Source: Squalus acanthias
Lineage: Eukaryota
Assembly: GCA_030390025.1 (NCBI GenBank)
Contig: CM059446.1
Coordinates: forward strand, 16,306,001-16,370,000
DNA: 64,000 bases
Direction of reading: 5' to 3'
The position numbers and the translations under genes were made by a program. How positions within the stretch are numbered: position 1 is the first letter of the stretch; each line of letters begins with the position of its first letter. Shown here one piece after another: positions 59,017-64,000 of the stretch. The notes beneath the pieces were generated by a model. That model was given only the letters and a program-made list of their open reading frames with translations. It was not told the origin of the DNA and made no database searches.

Positions 59017-60833
59017 TCTGGACAGTCAACATTTGTTATTACTTGGAACGTGGGAATCTCACCAGGATTGCACAGACACAATGGTCCGAATGGCTTCCTT
59101 CTGTGCCATAAATTTCGATGATTAAAAAAAGCCTTTCTCCATTCCCAGGGCTAAAAGAGGTAACAAAGTTTAAGTTTCCCTTTTCCAAAAATGTGAAGAG
59201 AATCTCTCTAAATGTGTGTGGGGTGGGGGGGGGTTGTGTTTTCATAGAGTACAAACATTTCAATATTGACCAAGATTTTCATCTCAGTTGCATACAGATG
59301 ATCACCAAGATACCTGCTCGTTTATGGTTTACTTTCTGTTTTCTGATTGCTTAATTTTTGTTTCTAGTTCCTGTCTCTTCCCATTAGTTCTCAAAACTAA
59401 ACAGCCCTTCAAACGTGTCTTGCAGAAATGAAATAAGAAAGTAACATACTGTTTAATGTGACAGTCTGAAAAAAATTGCAATTTATTGTTCTTTTCAGTG
59501 CTGCAGGCTAGGGTGGGATGGGGGGGGGGAGGGAGGGAACACAGCCAAGGTTTCCTATTCCAGAGAGTATCCAGTGACTCCTGCTACACATGCACACATG
59601 TGGAAGTTTGGAGAGGACAGCCGTGTTGTCCCCATGGTCAAGAAGCCTATCTTGGTTGAATACTTGCAGGCTTGGCACACTCTTGAAGAATGGTTACTTT
59701 GGCGAGGTACATTAGGATTGTAGACAGTAAATGAGTGCCTTCAGGAGAGGAGAAGAAAATTAGGTTGCAAAATAATTTGTTTCCCCCCCCCCCCAACCCC
59801 TTCACAAATTTGGTCTCCCAAAACTATACAGTACCCTTAGCCATAAAGGAAATTAAGTGACCAGCTCACAGGCTTTTAGTGCAGCACTGGAAAAAGGCTG
59901 GTATGAGGTGCATAACAGAGACAATTCCCCCTCTCGGTGGGGAAATGCCTGACCTTCACGCAGCTCAGCTTCAAATCGGGAACACAGTAACATACTGGGA
60001 TTTGTGTGTAACTACCACTCCTGCTCTTAAGCAATTATATATTAAAAGTTACTGGATTATGAGGCAAACAATCTGCAATAGTGGCGACATGGAAGCAACC
60101 TCAAAAATGTTTTCATTGAGGAGTTGGTCACACAATTTATAATGGGATTGGAACGCCAAGATCAGATTGCAACTTTAAAGTCACTCCATGAAATCTGATT
60201 AATTATTTACTCTGTGTACTGTTACAGTTTTATGTGAGGGTTTTTTTTTTTATTTTGTTTTTCGTGCTGACAGTGGACACCCATTGTACCCCGACGCACA
60301 AGACAATGACGGTGACATCAAGACTGAAAGGTTACTGAGAAATGCTCTCCAATCGATTGCCTGGGGATTTTTACATCCATTGTACATATATATACTATAA
60401 TCAATGTTCCCAAACATACTGGCACTTGCTGCAAGCTACCTGAAAGCAGGTAAGGTCTGAACTTCCGTCCCAGTTAAAGGAAAGCAATCCATTGGAGAAA
60501 AAGAAAAGAATATCGTGAGCCATTCCCTCTTCAGCTATAGCCATTAGAAATGAAAGGGTTTAACTTCACTCTGCCGCAGCTACTTCATTTAATGCACAGA
60601 CACCAGTTTTGTGGTAAATGCAGTATCATGTGATTTAGCTTTATGCAATCTTGAGTGCGGTCCTAAACCTAAACATGGCTTTTGTGCTGGTGTAAGAATT
60701 AAACTGAAAATAATGGATGATCACAAGGTAATTGGAATTTGGCTTATGTTCAAGCAAATATTAAACTGTTTATAATTATCATCCGAACTCTGAAGTCATG
60801 CTGCAGCGCCTTGATTTAATTTGCATCCTATTA

Positions 60834-61007
60834 CCGTGATGGTGTCATAAAAGGTAATTCTCTTTTTCCATCAGGGAATGACATTGGGGTGCGAGTTAGT
60901 TCGGAGCCTTTTGTTTCTGCACATGAGCCAGGAACAACCAACAGCACAGATGCCCAACTGTTCATTCCCTGATGGAAAAATAATGACCTTTTATGACACC
61001 ATCACTG
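60834..61007. mobile_element. TA-flanked palindromic MITE (Tc1/mariner-like)
   Basis: About 55-bp arms C(C/A)GTGATGGTGTCATAAAAGGT...TTTTTCCATCAGGGAATGA; TA on both sides. Confidence 0.7.
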
Positions 61008-62853
61008 TAAATAAAAAGCTGCAGTTGATTACCGGGAAATTGTCCAGCATGTTATGTATAACAATCATAGTACAACTAAAATGAGCTAATTGAATTTTAC
61101 ACTTATACACAACAGTGTAAGTGTTGGCATATAATTAGTAAAAATAAATATGAGCCAGATTGGTTAATATTATTTCTGGTCTTCAATTACAATGTGTTGC
61201 TGCAACTTTACAAATGCATTAATAAAACTGACTATCTGGCACCCTGATTTTTCTAAAAAGTATAGGTTTGGTCTTAATTTTGACAGTTGAGTCCTAAGCC
61301 TCTGAGACTCGCATCTTCTAGGTTTTGAGAATCCCCTCTTTTTATTTCCTCCAATTTTCTCCCATCTTCTCAAGACGTTGATTCATATTGAGGTATGGTT
61401 CCGTGGGCGTAGGCAGGCCTGCAGTACCTTGTCCAAGTGACCTTCTTGTGTTAGCCTGGACAGTCAGTGCCGGGAGGCTATTTGACTATGATCCTGTCCT
61501 CGTGCAACATACACACTGGACTTCAGGCAAGTCATCAGATACAAAACCGGAGTTGAGAACAATGGGTGTAATTTTTTCTCCCTCTTCTCAAACATGGGGC
61601 TAAGGCCAATTGTACTGTCCCAACTACTGCCGTAGCTGCTATTGATTAACTCTGCACAGACTAGACAATATAACTTTGTGTTACAAGGTGGTGTCTTACC
61701 CACTAGACCATTGTAGGACCTGTAACTCCCTCTGTCTTTGCTAAGATGATATCTTTGCAAAGATAATAGTGAGCAAAGAGAGGTGAAGTTTAGTTGTGCC
61801 ATTCCAATGGCTTCACTTGAACTGCACCACTTGCAGGACGGGCTGAGTGTCTATGCTGGCAGTCTCGATCCATTGCCCATACCACCTAGATAAAGGAAGA
61901 TGTGTGGTTTTAGATGTCATGCAAGAGGAGGAAGGTAGCATAGAATAAGGAAGGGGGATAGGGATGGGGGTGGAGAGTGGAAATCAAGCTACGAAGTTGC
62001 AGTTGGCGTATGAATTCCAAAGAACAAAGTAATTAGGTCTCAATATTGTAACTATAGTATAATCTAATTTCATTTTTTCTATTTGAAATGTATTAACTGT
62101 CAAAAATTAAAATCTTAATTATTACACACAACTTCCAGGGTATTTCATTTAGCAAGAAAAAGAGCATCGCATTTTTATTTTAAATTGTGCAACCCCTGAG
62201 TTAGCCTCCAAATCTGTATCTTTTCTATTGCCATCTATTCAATTGTGATATGAACAAAAACTCCATGTGGCTATTGTTGGGTGGTCTGTTGCTCTGAGCA
62301 ATTCTGTTCTTCACTCTTAATATTCTTTTAGTGCTCCTATTGAAAATAATAGGAGGCGCTGCCTCAAATGTACCGTAAAGCGCAGTTAATGACCAATTAG
62401 AGAGCATTCAGTGGGATGTAAATTCATATATATTATACATTGTAGATAACAACTTCTTCACCTGTGCGTAGATCTATATGGGTGAAATTTGGTAGACTAG
62501 ACATAACTTTATAATTTCAAGAGCAGTCAAATCTAAAACTACAGAAAGCTCTCTGAATGACTTACGAGCTTAAGAGTAACTCACTACAGGCTGAAGTGAT
62601 AACAAACTGTGGCAACAGAACAGTAGTGGCTTCTGAATGTCACTAGCTTGGAGATTAAATCACAGCCTTATGTTCATTCTCTGCTATCCAACTAGATCTA
62701 CAGGCCTCCTTTGGTATTGCGTTGGAGGTTAAACTGTTACAGCAGGGGGTTGGTGAAGATACACAAAGCCATTTAGAGGATTTGTGAAGATATTTGCCAG
62801 GGATGTGCTCAGAAACAGTGGTGTTTTTTGATTGGTTTCCCAGGGAAAACAAT

Positions 62854-63532
62854 GGGCCATATTTTCCGATCGGAGGCTTCCTGCGTGCGGAGGCCTCTGA
62901 TCTGGAAAAAATCTACGCACTTACCTGAGGGCTCCCGAGGTCTGGACACTTCTGCTCCTGGGCCTCTCCAACTCGAAATGCGCAGGGCCCACGTATCCCA
63001 GAGGCGCAGGCGGTTCGCAAGCATCCCTAGGATCACATGGGCCATGGGGAGCCAATCAAAGAAGGGAATCTCCCTTCATACACTTGACAGATAGACCTGT
63101 CAAATATATGAATGGAGATCACCCCAAAAACACTTTAAAACATTAAATAAAATTTTAAAAAACATCACATTTTTAAAATTAGTTGAAATTACAATAAATT
63201 AAATATTTTAAACAAAAATTTAATTTTTTGATAAAAATGAGTGAAAATTTTTCATTTTTTAAAACTTTTATCAAATCTTATGCTGGTAAAAGCAGGCCTT
63301 ACGCAAGATTTCTTAGGGTTTTCTGCGGGCGGAGGTGCTCCAGAAAGTGAACTATCCGCCCGCAGAGGCCCTTCTCCAGGGCAGGCGTCCGATCTGTCAA
63401 AAGCATTCTTGACAGATCGGAAATGTCGGTTTTCAGCGTGTGCGCTTTGCATGCCTGAAACCGGCATTTCTGATGTCCCTACGGGTGTGTACACAGCCCG
63501 CACACACCCGTAGGAATCAGAATATCCGGCCC
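62854..63532. mobile_element. Harbinger-like MITE (679 bp)
   Basis: 3-bp TSD AAT; imperfect TIR GGGCCATATTTTCCGAT / GGGCCGGATATTCTGAT; CpG-rich arms, AT-rich centre. Confidence 0.68.
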
Positions 63533-64000
63533 AATGTCTTCCTTACCAGCTGCTGGTAGATAAAGAGTTAAGTTTATTCCCCTCACATACCATAGTTACA
63601 TAAAGAGATTGGTGCATGTAACATGGAAGAGGACAGTAGCTCAAGGAAGACCATGCTGTACGGGATGGGGCAATGTGTTTAATTGCTGACTGAGAGAATG
63701 CAGGAGACCATAAGGCTACTGACACCTAAATCTGGCCCTGCTCTGTGGGTTCAAATCACAAGTACTATTCCCAAGAGAAGGTGTGGAGAATGACTGAGAA
63801 ATTGGGAGAGTCTTGTCTCTGGAACATTAATGAACATAAAGTGAATAACTGAGCAATCATAGGATGATGCAGCACAGAAGGAGGCTATTCAGCCTGTCGT
63901 GCCTGTGCTGGCTCTTTGGGAGAGCTCTCCAATTAATCCCACTCCCCTGCTCTTTCCCCATAGCCCTGTAAATGTTTTCCCTTCAAGTATTTATCCAATT

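Overview
Vertebrate genomic DNA, most likely a cartilaginous fish (shark) judging by its repeat families (DeuSINE/SacSINE1-like, HE1-type V-SINE, CR1, Penelope-derived repeats). It holds the complete TUBGCP2 gene on the minus strand (17 coding exons, 42946 to 10008, 896 aa, one GC-AG intron). ZNF511 (+ strand, 6 coding exons, 47678 to 57992, 290 aa) lies head-to-head with it across a CpG island. At the left edge is a signal-peptide first exon that synteny suggests is ADAM8. Introns and flanks are dense with retro- and DNA-transposon remnants. I found no new protein-coding system. The most unusual items are: a minimal hammerhead ribozyme with a complete core in a Penelope-derived repeat; an ORF1-less CR1-clade LINE with a tRNA-like Pol III head; an NRF1-motif minisatellite in the bidirectional promoter that also creates an in-frame upstream ATG for ZNF511; a SINE inserted inverted into its own family member; and several long hairpin elements. 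Family names come from recalled consensus sequences, not database searches.
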